Of a stretch of DNA of 64,000 bases, positions 47,582 to 58,081 are shown one piece after another. The notes beneath the pieces are model-generated. The model saw only the letters and a list, made by a program, of their open reading frames with translations. It did no database searches and was not told where the DNA came from. The DNA lies in contig OZ253470.1 in NCBI GenBank assembly GCA_965261735.1, positions 3,648,001 through 3,712,000 of the forward strand, written 5' to 3'. This DNA comes from Alphaproteobacteria bacterium (GTDB lineage: Bacteria > Pseudomonadota > Alphaproteobacteria > SHVV01). The translations under genes were made by a program, and so were the position numbers. The stretch's first letter is position 1; every line of letters starts with the position of its first letter.

Positions 47582-48781
47582 ATGAGCGAGGCAGGCGCAG
47601 GAAGCTCTTCGCCGGACGGAACAGGAGCCGCGGGCAGCGGCTCGAGCGGTCCCGCGACGCCGCGCGAGCCTCGGCGCGGGCTGTTCCAGCCGGTCGCGTT
47701 CGGCGTCCTGTTCGGCCTCACCGCCGGCGTCCTGATCGCCGTCGGTGCGATCGCGCCGACACGCCCGCCGGCGCCCACACCCGCGACCGCCACACCGGCG
47801 GAGCCGAGCGCGCCGGGTGAGCCCGTGCGCTGGCGCATGGCGAGCGCTTTTCCGGGCACGCTCGTCCAGCTCGGGACCGGCGGCCAGCGGCTCGTGGCGA
47901 CCCTCGCGCGCATCTCGGCCGGTACCATCGAACTCGGTTTTGCCGAGCCGGGAACGGCGGCGGACGCCTCCGACGTTTTCACCGCCGTCAAATCCGGTAC
48001 GGTCGAGGCAGGCTGGTCACTGGCGGCCTACTGGAGTGACGAGATTCCGGCTGCCGCCTTCTTTGCGGCCGTGCCCTTCGGTCCCGGCGCGGCCGAGTAT
48101 CTGGCCTGGATGCGCTTTGGCGGCGGCCAGGAGATTCACGACCGCATCTATGAGCGACACGGCGTCAAGGGCATCGTGTGCGCGGTTGCCGCGCCCGAGG
48201 CCTCGGGCTGGTTCCGCAAAGAGATCGGTTCGGTGGCCGACCTCGCCGGCCTCAAGATGCGCTTCTACGGCCTCGGCGGCCGGGTCATGCGCAAGCTAGG
48301 CGTGACCACGCGCCTGCCCGCGGGCGACGTGTTCCCGGCGCTTCAGGAGGGCACCCTCGACGCCCTCGAATACTCGATGCCGGCGATCGACGTCGCGCTC
48401 GGATTCGATGCGGTCGCCAAGCACTACTACTTCCCCGGCTGGCATCAACAGTCGACCATCGTCGAGCTCATCATCAACCTGGAGAAATGGAACGGCCTCG
48501 CGGACCTTCAGCGGGCGTGGATCGAGGCCGCCTGCGGCGACAACGTCCAGCACACCCTGGCCGAGGGCGAGGCGATCCAGCACGCGGCGCTCGCCGACCT
48601 GAGCGCGCGCGGGGTGCAGATTCATCGCTGGCCCGCCCCCATGCTGGCGGCGTTCAAGGCGGCGTGGGCCGAGGTCGCCGACGAGGTCGCCGCGAAAGAC
48701 GCGGACTTCCGGCAGGCGCGGCAGTCGCTGCGGGCGTTCCGTGATGCCGGCGCGGCGTGGCGCCGACTCGGCTACTTGTAA
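47582..48781 (+). CDS. dctP: TRAP transporter substrate-binding protein (DctP/TakP-like)
   Basis: VRWRMASAF, AVPFG, EASGWFRKEI, GLKMRF.GLG, YYFPGWHQ. Confidence 0.88.
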   Translation: MSEAGAGSSSPDGTGAAGSGSSGPATPREPRRGLFQPVAFGVLFGLTAGVLIAVGAIAPTRPPAPTPATATPAEPSAPGEPVRWRMASAFPGTLVQLGTGGQRLVATLARISAGTIELGFAEPGTAADASDVFTAVKSGTVEAGWSLAAYWSDEIPAAAFFAAVPFGPGAAEYLAWMRFGGGQEIHDRIYERHGVKGIVCAVAAPEASGWFRKEIGSVADLAGLKMRFYGLGGRVMRKLGVTTRLPAGDVFPALQEGTLDALEYSMPAIDVALGFDAVAKHYYFPGWHQQSTIVELIINLEKWNGLADLQRAWIEAACGDNVQHTLAEGEAIQHAALADLSARGVQIHRWPAPMLAAFKAAWAEVADEVAAKDADFRQARQSLRAFRDAGAAWRRLGYL

Positions 48782-48800
48782 CAGGGGCTAGGAGAGGACC

Positions 48801-49215
48801 ATGGCGGCACGGTGGATGTGGGCGTTGGCGATCGCGAGCGGAATGGCTCTGGCCAGCGGCGCCAGCCTTGCCGCCGGCGATGCCGCCAACGGTGAAAAGG
48901 TGTTCAAGAAGTGCAAGGCCTGTCGCACCATCGTCGCCGGCAAGAACAAGGTCGGTCCCAGCCTGTACGGCGTCGTCGGCCGCCCCGCCGGCACCATCGC
49001 AAAGTTCAAATATTCCAAGGCGATGAAAGACGCGGGCGCCAAGGGCCTGGTGTGGAGCGAGGACCAGATCGTCGAGTGCGTCGCCGATCCCAAGGCCTTC
49101 CTCAAGGCCTTCCTGAGGTCGCAAGACGGTCAAGAACAAGATGGTCTTCAAGCTCAAGGGCCTCGAGCAGCGCCGCGAAGTGGTCTCTTACCTCAAGGGC
49201 GTCCCCGGCTCCTAG
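48801..49215 (+). pseudogene. Cytochrome c2-like protein, haem motif altered and frameshifted
   Basis: GDAANGEKVFKKCKACRT (CxxCH changed to CxxCR), KVGPSL.GVVGR; the C-terminus KNKMVFKLK...VVSYLK lies in another frame after ~49120. Confidence 0.85.
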
Positions 49216-49270
49216 CCCCGGCTTACAAGCCGAGGCCTTACCCTGAGCGGAGGGCCGCGAACCTGGCCTC

Positions 49271-49696
49271 CTAGCGGACGACGAGCACCGAAATGGCGGC
49301 GTGACGCACCACGCGCGACGCATTGGGGCCGAGCAGGTAGTCGCTGAACTCCGGTCGATGCGACCCCATGATAATGAGGTCGGCGCCGATCTCCTCGGCC
49401 GTCGTGAGGATCTCGTTGTAAGGCGTACCGTGCCGGACGAGGGCCGTCGCCGCGACCTCTTCGGGCACCTGTTCGGCGATAAATCCGGCGAGCTTCTCGC
49501 TCACCTCGGCGCTCATCTTCTCGATGTCACCGTTGGGGAAATACTGCGCGACATAAGAAAGGCCGTAGTCGGGAATGACGGTGAGGACGTGGAGCTCGGC
49601 CGCAAACGCCTGACACCATTGGATCGCGACCGACAGGGCCTTCACCTGCACGTCCTGGTTGCTGAGATCGACGGGAAACAGGATCTTCCGATACAT
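49271..49696 (-). CDS. Universal stress protein associated with the TRAP operon
   Basis: MYRKILFPVDL, ADLIIMGSH, LLGPNASRVVRHA..SVLVVR. Confidence 0.92.
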   Translation of the reverse strand: MYRKILFPVDLSNQDVQVKALSVAIQWCQAFAAELHVLTVIPDYGLSYVAQYFPNGDIEKMSAEVSEKLAGFIAEQVPEEVAATALVRHGTPYNEILTTAEEIGADLIIMGSHRPEFSDYLLGPNASRVVRHAAISVLVVR

Positions 49697-49732
49697 CGGC
49701 GCGCTCCCCTCGTGCGCTGACACAAGCCGCCC

Positions 49733-52147
49733 CTACGGCGCCGACTCGGCCACCGCCGCCACGCGCCGCCGACGCAGCATCTGCATCCACACAACGAGAC
49801 CGAGGATCGCCAAGGCCGGCAGGTAGACCAACTCCTTGGCCGGCCGGCCGAGCTGCTCGATATCGACGTCGGTCACGTAGTCGCCAAAGTCGATCCCCGC
49901 GCCTTCCGCGAGGCCGTCGAAGGTGAGAGCGGTGACCGCGTGGCGACCTTCGTCGGCGGGCTCGATCGTGATGCCGTAGGCCTCGCCTCCGGCGGCACCG
50001 TCGGCCGGCGTCTCGAGCACGAACAGCTTGAAGCGATCGCCGTAGTTGGTCTCCCGGACGACGTGAATGCGAATCTTTCGTCCCGGCTCGATACCAACGT
50101 CGCCGGCGGCGAACTCGGCGAGCGCTACCGGCGCGAAGGCCGGGTAGACCTGATTGAGCATGAAATCGGGCCGGAAGAGCGCCAGCACCACGACCGCCAG
50201 CAGCACGCCCTCGTAAAGCTTGAGCTTGACGATCATCCAGCCTTGGGTCATCGAGGCGAAGCCGAGGATGGCCAACAGCGACATCGCGAACACGAGCAAG
50301 CCGTGCCAAAGGCTTTCGACGCCGATCAACAATAATTCCGGATTGAAAATGAAAACGAACGGGAGGATCGCGGTACGGATGTCGTAGGCGAACCCCTGGA
50401 TCCCTGTCTTGATGGGGTCGGCCCGTGATATGGCCGCGGCCGCGAATGCGGCGAGGCAGACGGGGGGCGTATCGTCCGCAAGGATGCCGAAGTAGAAGAC
50501 GAAGAGATGGACCGCTATGAGCGGCAGGACGATTCCAGAGGCGCCCCCGAGCTCGACCATCACGCCAGCCATCAGCGATGCGACAACGATGTAGTTCGCC
50601 GTCGTCGGTAGGCCCATTCCCAAGATGAGACACAGGACGGCGGTGAGCCCCAAGAGAATGTAAATGTTGCCGCCCGAGACCGCCTCGACGACGCCGATCA
50701 TCGCGTTGCTGAGGCCGGTCGAGGACACCGAGCCGACGATGACGCCGGCGGCGGCCACGGCAACGGCGATGCTGATCATGTTGCGGGCGCCGGCCACCAA
50801 ACCAACATAGATGGCGGCGAAGCCGCCCGCTAGCGCCAGCCAGATCGGCGTGCCGCCGCTCCGCAACGCGGCCGCAACGTGCTGAGCGAGAATGATAATC
50901 ATCATGACGATGATCGAGTAGAAGACCGAGCTGCTGGCGGTCCAGCGCTGGACCATCAGCAGGTAGATCAAGACGGCAATGGGGATCAAGAAATGGACGC
51001 CACCCACGAAGGTCCGGCGCAGCCGCGGAATATCCGCACGCGGCAAACCTCTCAGCCCCAGCTTCAGCGCCTCCAGGTGCGAGATGTACAAGAGCGCCAA
51101 ATAGCTGATGACGGCGGGAATGGCGGCGGCCACGATCACGTCGAAATACGGGATGCCAATGAACTCGGCGATGATGAAGGCCGCCGCGCCCATGATCGGT
51201 GGCATGAGCTGACCGTTGGTCGAGGCCGCGACCTCGATCGCCCCGGCCTTCACCGCTGGCATGCCCATCCGCTTCATCACCGGAATCGTAAACGTGCCGG
51301 TAGTCACCACGTTGGCGATCGACGAGCCGGAAATCGCCCCGGTCATGCCCGAGGCCAGGATCGCCGCCTTGGCGGGCCCACCGCGGAACCTGCCGACCAT
51401 GGCGAAGGCCAAGTCGAGGAAATACTTGCCGGCGCCGGCCTTGTCCAAGAGCGCCCCGAACAGCACGAACAGGAAGACGAAGCTCACCGAAACGTCGATC
51501 GGAATGCCGAAGATCGACTCGCCGCCGAGCCACTGATAGCCGATCAGCCGGTTCAGCGACACGCCCTTGTGGGAGATGAGGTCCGGCATGGACTGCCCGA
51601 AGACCGAGTAAACAAGAAACACGCTGGCGACGATCACCAGAGGCAGGCCGATGCTGCGCCGCACCGCCTCGAGCAACAGGACGATGCCGATGCCGCCGAG
51701 AATGGCTTCGACGGGAAGCCTGAAGTCGACACCGAGGAACGAGAGGTCGTAGACGAGAAGCGTGCCGGCCCGCACGGTCAGTCCGGTGTAGCCGAAATAC
51801 ATGTACAGCGCGCAGCCGGCTCCGAGGAGCGCGATGGCGACGTCGTGGAGGGGCAGCGCCCGCGTCGCCAGGCGCTTGGCCGCCGGGAACATCAGAAAAC
51901 ACAACACCAGTCCGAAGGCGAGGTGGATGCCGCGCGCCGGGACGCCGACGATGATTGCGAAGTCGAAGAGGAACGGAAGCGGCGAAGCGATCCACAGCTG
52001 GAACAGCGACCAGGCGAGCGCGATCAGGCTGACGACGACGGCAAGCCGTGGCCCCAGGTTACGGCCCGAATACTCGATCTCCTCGAGGAGCTGCTCGGGA
52101 TCGGCGGGCGCCTTGGGCGCGAGGCCGCCTGCGTCGGCCGTGGCCAT
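49733..52147 (-). CDS. TAXI-type TRAP transporter fused permease
   Basis: 804-aa polytopic protein; RGGPAKAA, SGSSIANVVTTG, GQLMPPIMGAAAF, LGMGLPTTANY, ADDTPPV. Confidence 0.93.
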   Translation of the reverse strand: MATADAGGLAPKAPADPEQLLEEIEYSGRNLGPRLAVVVSLIALAWSLFQLWIASPLPFLFDFAIIVGVPARGIHLAFGLVLCFLMFPAAKRLATRALPLHDVAIALLGAGCALYMYFGYTGLTVRAGTLLVYDLSFLGVDFRLPVEAILGGIGIVLLLEAVRRSIGLPLVIVASVFLVYSVFGQSMPDLISHKGVSLNRLIGYQWLGGESIFGIPIDVSVSFVFLFVLFGALLDKAGAGKYFLDLAFAMVGRFRGGPAKAAILASGMTGAISGSSIANVVTTGTFTIPVMKRMGMPAVKAGAIEVAASTNGQLMPPIMGAAAFIIAEFIGIPYFDVIVAAAIPAVISYLALLYISHLEALKLGLRGLPRADIPRLRRTFVGGVHFLIPIAVLIYLLMVQRWTASSSVFYSIIVMMIIILAQHVAAALRSGGTPIWLALAGGFAAIYVGLVAGARNMISIAVAVAAAGVIVGSVSSTGLSNAMIGVVEAVSGGNIYILLGLTAVLCLILGMGLPTTANYIVVASLMAGVMVELGGASGIVLPLIAVHLFVFYFGILADDTPPVCLAAFAAAAISRADPIKTGIQGFAYDIRTAILPFVFIFNPELLLIGVESLWHGLLVFAMSLLAILGFASMTQGWMIVKLKLYEGVLLAVVVLALFRPDFMLNQVYPAFAPVALAEFAAGDVGIEPGRKIRIHVVRETNYGDRFKLFVLETPADGAAGGEAYGITIEPADEGRHAVTALTFDGLAEGAGIDFGDYVTDVDIEQLGRPAKELVYLPALAILGLVVWMQMLRRRRVAAVAESAP

Positions 52148-52170
52148 GCCGCTACCTAGTATTCAAGAAG

Positions 52171-52205
52171 AAAGGCCGGCGCCCTGTCGGGAGCGCCGGC
52201 CTTTT
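52171..52205. terminator. GC-rich hairpin with T/A tails between TAXI binding protein and permease
   Basis: aaaggccggcgc-loop-gcgccggccttt. Confidence 0.7.
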
Positions 52206-52215
52206 CGGGTCCGGG

Positions 52216-53220
52216 CTACATCCAGCCCTTTTCCTTGTAGTACTTGGCGGCGCCGTCGTGGATCGGTGCCGACAACCCGTTTTTGATCATCAGCTTGGGA
52301 TCGAGGTTCCTGAACGCGGGGTGCAGGTTCCTGAAGTCGTCAAGATTCTCGAACACCGCCCGCGTCACCTCATAAACGACGTCCGCCGGGACGTCGGTGC
52401 TGCTCACGAACGTGGCCATCACGCCAAACGTGGTCACGTCCTTGTCGGTCGTCTTGTAGGTACCACTGGGAATGGTCGCCCAGGCGTAGTACGGCCGCGC
52501 ATCGACCAAACCCTTCGCGACCGAGGTCGTGAAGTCGACGATTTTGGCGCCGCAGCCGTCGGTGGCCACGGAGACGCCGGCATTGGGCACGCCGACGGTG
52601 TAGATATAAGCGTCGATCTTGCCGTCGCACAGCGCCTTCGACTGCTCCGTCGAGGTGAGTTCGGTCGCGAGCTTGAAGTAGCTCTTGTCGACCCCGTGCT
52701 CCTGCAGCAGGAAGTCGGTGGTGCCGCGTTGCCCGGAGCCGGGGTTGCCGATATTGACCCGTTTACCCTTGAGGTCGTCCCACCCCATGATGCCCGTCTT
52801 GTCACCGACGATGATGTGCAGGGGCTCGGGGTGAATCGAGAAGACCGCGCGCAGCTTGTCGAACTTGTTGCCCTCGTATTTGCTAGAGCCGTTGAAGGCG
52901 TGAAACTGCCAGTCCGACTGGGCGACGCCAAAATCGAACTCGCCCTCCTTGATATTATTGATGTTGTAAGTCGAACCCGCGGTCGACGGGGCCGAGCAGC
53001 GGATGCCGTGCTTGCGGCCCTTGCTGCGTCCTTCCGTGGCTTCCTTGTGGACCATGCGGCAGATCGAGTTGCCGACCACGAAGTAGACGCCCGTCGGCCC
53101 ACCCGTGCCGATGGAAATGAAGCGCTTGCCCTGCGCCTGAGCCGCATCGGGCCACGACAGCAAGGCGCCCACGGCAACCGCCAGGGCCATCGAGAAAACA
53201 GAACTCACTATGCGTTTCAT
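52216..53220 (-). CDS. TAXI-family TRAP solute-binding protein
   Basis: ISIGTGG.TGVY, ST.GS..N, AQSDWQ, GKRVNIGNPGSG.R, PIH.GA..YYKE.G. Confidence 0.94.
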   Translation of the reverse strand: MKRIVSSVFSMALAVAVGALLSWPDAAQAQGKRFISIGTGGPTGVYFVVGNSICRMVHKEATEGRSKGRKHGIRCSAPSTAGSTYNINNIKEGEFDFGVAQSDWQFHAFNGSSKYEGNKFDKLRAVFSIHPEPLHIIVGDKTGIMGWDDLKGKRVNIGNPGSGQRGTTDFLLQEHGVDKSYFKLATELTSTEQSKALCDGKIDAYIYTVGVPNAGVSVATDGCGAKIVDFTTSVAKGLVDARPYYAWATIPSGTYKTTDKDVTTFGVMATFVSSTDVPADVVYEVTRAVFENLDDFRNLHPAFRNLDPKLMIKNGLSAPIHDGAAKYYKEKGWM

Positions 53221-53347
53221 GAAGGTAATCCCTCCCTTTGATCCTCGGCGGTGCAGTCCGCCCAGGCGTTCCGCGTCGGGGCGCGCGAGAAACGAGATGC
53301 GCCGCGATTAGAACGGACTATAGGCGGTTTTTACGCGCCGGGCGACC

Positions 53348-54175
53348 TCATCCAGCCGACAGGGTCTCGCGCGCTTGCGCCGCCGTCGCGACCGGGCGTC
53401 CGATCAGCTCTGCACCCCGGCGCACCTGATCCACGAGCGCCGCGTTGTCGGTCGCCAGCGAGCCGTCGGCTAGATGTAGGTTGTTCTCGAAGCCCACGCG
53501 CACGTGTCCGCCGAGTGTCGCGGCCGCGAGCGCGCAAGCGCCTTCGCGCGCCCCGAAGGCGCACACCGTCCAGGTGCCCGGCGGCGGCGACAGCCCGCTC
53601 GTCGTGGCGAGAAACGGTAGCAAATCGGTGGGCACCGACTGGCCGTCTCTGCTGTAGCGCCCAAGCACGAAAAGCACCGCGTGATGGGCCCCTGGGATCA
53701 CGCCGCGCCGGCACAAATCGTCGTAGCGCTCCATCTCCTCGGGCGCGAACAGGATGTACTGGGCAAGAACGCGCTCACGTTCTAGCCAAGCGAGGAAACC
53801 GGCCGCATCCGCCTCCCCGGCTTCATCGGGGATGATCTCGCGCAGCGCGAGCGAGACCGCTTCGGGCCGCAGCGCCCGGACCGCGACCATCTGCTCCGCC
53901 GCCGTATAGCGCCCGACCGATTCGCTGGTGACCTGGATGATAAGGTCCTCGCCCACGGCGCGCCGCACCGCCGCGATCGCTTCGCCGTAGGTGCCCGGAT
54001 CGAGCGTGTGGCCGCCGTCGCGATCGCGGACGTGTAGATGCAACAGCGCCGCGCCGGCCTCACGACACGCAGCGGCGGTCGTGGCGATTTCAGCCGGCGA
54101 AAGCGGCAGCGCCGGATGATCGGCCTTGGTCCTGCGCGCGCCGTTGGGCGCAACGCCGATGATCAGGGGTGTCAA
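53348..54175 (-). CDS. 3-keto-5-aminohexanoate cleavage enzyme family (BKACE/DUF849)
   Basis: IIGVAPNGARRTKADHPALP, GAALLHLHVRD, GGHVRVGFENN; TTG start overlaps the upstream stop. Confidence 0.9.
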   Translation of the reverse strand: MTPLIIGVAPNGARRTKADHPALPLSPAEIATTAAACREAGAALLHLHVRDRDGGHTLDPGTYGEAIAAVRRAVGEDLIIQVTSESVGRYTAAEQMVAVRALRPEAVSLALREIIPDEAGEADAAGFLAWLERERVLAQYILFAPEEMERYDDLCRRGVIPGAHHAVLFVLGRYSRDGQSVPTDLLPFLATTSGLSPPPGTWTVCAFGAREGACALAAATLGGHVRVGFENNLHLADGSLATDNAALVDQVRRGAELIGRPVATAAQARETLSAG

Positions 54176-55506
54176 GCGGGCAGCCCGGCGACCGCGGCAT
54201 CGACGGCCTCGCCGAGCCGCGCGACGATATCGGCGACATCGGCCTCCTCGACGATGAAGGGTGGCGCGATGAGCACGTGATCGCCGCGCTCGCCGTCGAT
54301 GGTGCCGCCGCCCGGGTAGCAGATGAGGCCGCGCGCCATGCCCTCCGCCTTGATCCGCGCGTGGAGCCGCAGCGCCGGATCGAAGGGCGCGTCGCCGCCG
54401 CGCTCGGCGACCAGCTCGATGGCGCGGAACAGGCCGCGCCCACGAATGTCGCCGATGTGCGGGTGGTTGCCGAAGCGCTCGAGGAGCGCATCGGCGAGGA
54501 CCTCGCCCTGCCGTCGTACATTGGCGAGCAGGTCGCGCTCGCGCAGCACCCTCTGAACAGCGAGCGCCGCGGCGCAGGCGGTGGCGTGACCGATGTAGGT
54601 GTGGCCGTGCTGGAAGAACCCGGAGCCCTCGCGGATGGCGGCGAAGAGGGGCGCGGCCACGAGCATCGCGCCGATGGGCTGGTAGCCGGCGCCGAGCCCT
54701 TTGGCGAGGACCAGGAGATCGGGGCTGACGCCCTCCTGGGTGCAGGCGTGCAGGGTACCGGTACGGCCGGCGCCGCACATGACCTCGTCGAGGATGAGGA
54801 GAACGTCGTAGCGGTCGCAGATCTCGCGGATGCGCTGGAAGTAGCCGGGCACGGCGGTGACCGCGCCGCTGGTGGCGCCAACCACGGGCTCGGCAATGAA
54901 CGCGGCCACGGTGTCCGGCCCGAGCTCGTGAATCGCCGCCTCCAGCTCGCCCGCCGCACGGAGCGCGTAGGCCTCGTCGCTCTCGCCCGCGTCGCGGTAG
55001 CGGTACGCGAAGCAGGGCGCGATGTGCCTCACCTCCATGAGCAGCGGCAGGAAGGGCTGGCGCCGGGCCGCGTTGCCGCCGACGGCGAGCGCGCCGAGCG
55101 TGTTGCCGTGATAGCTCTGGCGGCGGGCGATGAAGCGGCAGCGCTCGGGCCGGCCGGTCTCGACGTAGTACTGGCGCGCGAGCTTGAGCGCGGCCTCGAT
55201 GCCCTCCGAGCCGCCGGAGGTGAAGTAGACGCGATCGAGCCCGTCGGGCGCGTCGGCGACGAGGGTGTCGGCGAGCTCCTCGGCGACCTCGGTAGTGAAG
55301 AACGCCGTGTGCGCGAACGCGAGCTGGTCGACCTGCCGCTTGATGGCCCGGCGCACGTCCGCGTCACTGTGCCCGAGCGTCGACACCGCGGCACCGCCGG
55401 AAGCGTCGATGTAGCGGTGGCCGTCACGGTCGATGACGTAGAGGCCCTCGCCCGCGACGGCCACGGGAAGCGCGTCGTCGCAATGGCGGTGAAAGACGTG
55501 ATCCAT
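54172..55506 (-). CDS. Class III PLP-dependent aminotransferase
   Basis: YIDASGGAAV, SGGSE, SYHGNT, FIAEPVVG, LILDEVMCG.GRTG, AKGLG.GY, HGHTY. Confidence 0.93.
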   Translation of the reverse strand: MDHVFHRHCDDALPVAVAGEGLYVIDRDGHRYIDASGGAAVSTLGHSDADVRRAIKRQVDQLAFAHTAFFTTEVAEELADTLVADAPDGLDRVYFTSGGSEGIEAALKLARQYYVETGRPERCRFIARRQSYHGNTLGALAVGGNAARRQPFLPLLMEVRHIAPCFAYRYRDAGESDEAYALRAAGELEAAIHELGPDTVAAFIAEPVVGATSGAVTAVPGYFQRIREICDRYDVLLILDEVMCGAGRTGTLHACTQEGVSPDLLVLAKGLGAGYQPIGAMLVAAPLFAAIREGSGFFQHGHTYIGHATACAAALAVQRVLRERDLLANVRRQGEVLADALLERFGNHPHIGDIRGRGLFRAIELVAERGGDAPFDPALRLHARIKAEGMARGLICYPGGGTIDGERGDHVLIAPPFIVEEADVADIVARLGEAVDAAVAGLPA

Positions 55507-55688
55507 GGGCCTGCTGTCGTCGACGCGCCGCCACACGCATGGGCCGAGCCCGCGCGGCTGCTCCCATGCCTAAAGGTGTTTGCTGCGTCGCGCAATACGA
55601 GCGTTGCCAGCGCGTCGGCGGCAAACCCGGGCGCAGGCTGGCGCGGCTTCCGCTCCCTTCGCAGCGCCCACCGGGGTATACTCTGGCG

Positions 55689-57841
55689 ATGAAACGCTTG
55701 CGCAACTGGCTCCACTATTTGGTACCGCTCGCGGTGCTGGCTCTGGCGCTCGGGGTGCGGGTCCTGGTGCCCGCGGTCGAGGAGGTCCAGCTCAAGATCT
55801 TCGACACCTTCCAGCGCATCAAGCCGCGCACCTACGAGCCGACGCCGGTCAAGTTCGTCGACCTCGACGACGAGTCGCTGGAGAGGATCGGCCAGTGGCC
55901 GTGGCCACGCACCTACGTCGCCGACATGACCGCGCGCCTCGCGAACATGGGCGCCGCCGCCATCGTCTTCGACATCGTGTTCGCCGAGCCCGACCGCACC
56001 TCGCCCGACAACGTCCTGCCTCTGTGGCCGGCGACGCCCGAGCTCGAGGCGCTACGGGGCGCCACCGACAAGCTCCCGGACCACGACCGGGTGCTGGGCG
56101 AAGTGTTCGCCCAGGCCAACGTCGTGACCGGCTTCGTCTTGACCAATACGGGCAGCGACCGGCTGCCGGTCACGAAAGGAACCTTCGCCTTTGTGGGCGA
56201 CGACCCCAAGCCGTTCGTGCCCGCCTTTCGTGGCGCCATCGTCAACCTGCCGCCCCTGCAGGAGGCCGCGAGCGGCAACGGCAGCTTCAATCTCGTGCCG
56301 GAGACCGACGGCATCGTGCGGCGGGTGCCGCTCCTGTTCACCATCGGTGACACCCTGTACCCCTCGCTTGTGACGGAGGCCCTGCGCGTCGCCCAAGGCG
56401 CACGCACCAACATCGTCAAGTCGTCGGGCGCCAGCGGAGAGACCGCGTACGGCGAGCAGACCGGCGTCAATCATATCAAGATCGGCGCCATCGAGGTGCC
56501 GACCGACGGCGCCGGGCGCATCTGGCTGCACGACACCGGCAGCATCCCCGAGCGCCGGATTCCGGCGTGGCGGCTCTTCAGCGATGATTTCGATCCGGCG
56601 GAAATCGAGGGCCAGATCGTCTTCGTCGGCACCAGCGCGGCCGGCCTGTTCGATTTGCGCACGACGCCGCTGGCGCCGGTGATCCCTGGCGTCGAGATCC
56701 ACATCCAGGCGGTTGAACAGATACTGCTCGGCCACTTCCTGGAGCGCCCCGACTGGGCGACGGGAGTCGAGATCGTCTACCTCCTCGCGCTCGGCCTGGT
56801 GCTCATCTTCCTCATACCGCGCTTCGGCGCATTCTGGGTCGCCATCCTGGGTGGGGTGAGTGTCGCGGCCGTTGTCGGCGGCTCGTGGTTCCTTTACGCC
56901 GAGCGGCTATGGCTGCTCGATCCGGTCCTACCGTCGGTCTCCGCCCTGGCCATCTATCTCGTCGGCTCGCTCATCAACTTCCTCAAGACCGAGGCCTCGC
57001 GGCGCCAGGTGCGGGGCGCCTTCAGCCGCTACATGTCGCCGGCACTGGTCGAGCAGCTGGCGCGCAACCCCGACCGCCTGGTCCTCGACAGCGAGCTCCG
57101 CGACATGACGCTGCTATTCGCGGACATCCGCGGCTTCACCACGATCTCCGAGCAGTTCAAGGGCGATCCCAAGGGTCTCACGAAACTGATCAACCAGTTC
57201 CTCACGCCGATGACAAACATGATCCTGGAGCGCAGCGGCACCATCGACAAGTACATGGGCGATTGCATCATGGCGTTCTGGAACGCGCCGCTCGACGACG
57301 AGGAACACGCCGCAAACGCTTGCGATTCGGCACTCGCGATGTTCACCGCGCTCGAGGAGGTCAACTCGAACATCAAGGCGGATTGCGAGGCGGACGGCCG
57401 CGACTATCACAGGCTCAATATCGGCATCGGGCTCAATTCGGGGCCGGTCTACGTCGGCAACATGGGCTCGGAGCAGCGCTTCGACTACTCGGTGCTGGGC
57501 GATGCGGTGAACCTCGCCGCCCGCCTCGAGGGCCAGTCCAAGAATTACGGCGTCGGCATCGTCATCGGCGAGGAGACGTCCACGCGGGCGGCCGATTACG
57601 CCGTGCTCGAGCTGACCTTATCGCTGTCAAGGGCAAGAACCTCGCCGGCCATCACGCCGTCATGCTCGCCGCGTACCGCCAGCAGGACTGGCAAACGGCG
57701 CGCGAGGAACTGGCGCAATGCCGCGCGCTCGACGGCTCGCTCGGCGAGCTCTACGACCTTTACGAGGAACGGCTCGGCAACTACGAGGCCAACCCGCCGG
57801 GCCCCGAGTGGGACGGCGTGTACGTCGCGACCAGCAAGTAG
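55689..57841 (+). pseudogene. CHASE2-domain adenylate/guanylate cyclase with frameshift near 57615
   Basis: GQWPWPR, FDIVFAEPDR, PGVEIH, LFADIRGFT, DKYMGDCIMAFW, GDAVNLAARLE; the IAVKGK...WDGVYVATSK tail is in a different frame. Confidence 0.88.
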
Positions 57842-57889
57842 GCCGTAGCGCCGCCAGATCGCTCGCACGACGACCGCGCCCGATTGCCG

Positions 57890-57919
57890 TTGACATCGGA
57901 AGGCGTGCCCCCCAATAAT
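57890..57919 (+). promoter_or_regulatory. Sigma70-like promoter of the peptide ABC operon
   Basis: TTGACA followed 17-18 bp later by (C)AATAAT. Confidence 0.5.
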
Positions 57920-58081
57920 TTGTCAACCGGCGTCCATACGGTGCGGCACGTCCCAGGGGTCTGATAGGCCCCATGGCAATCCAAAAAACATGAAATGTCG
58001 TGGGCCAAGCAATTTGCCCGATCAGCCGAGTTCCATTTATCCGGCAACAACCGAGATGCAGGAAACCAGGGAGAGTGAACG

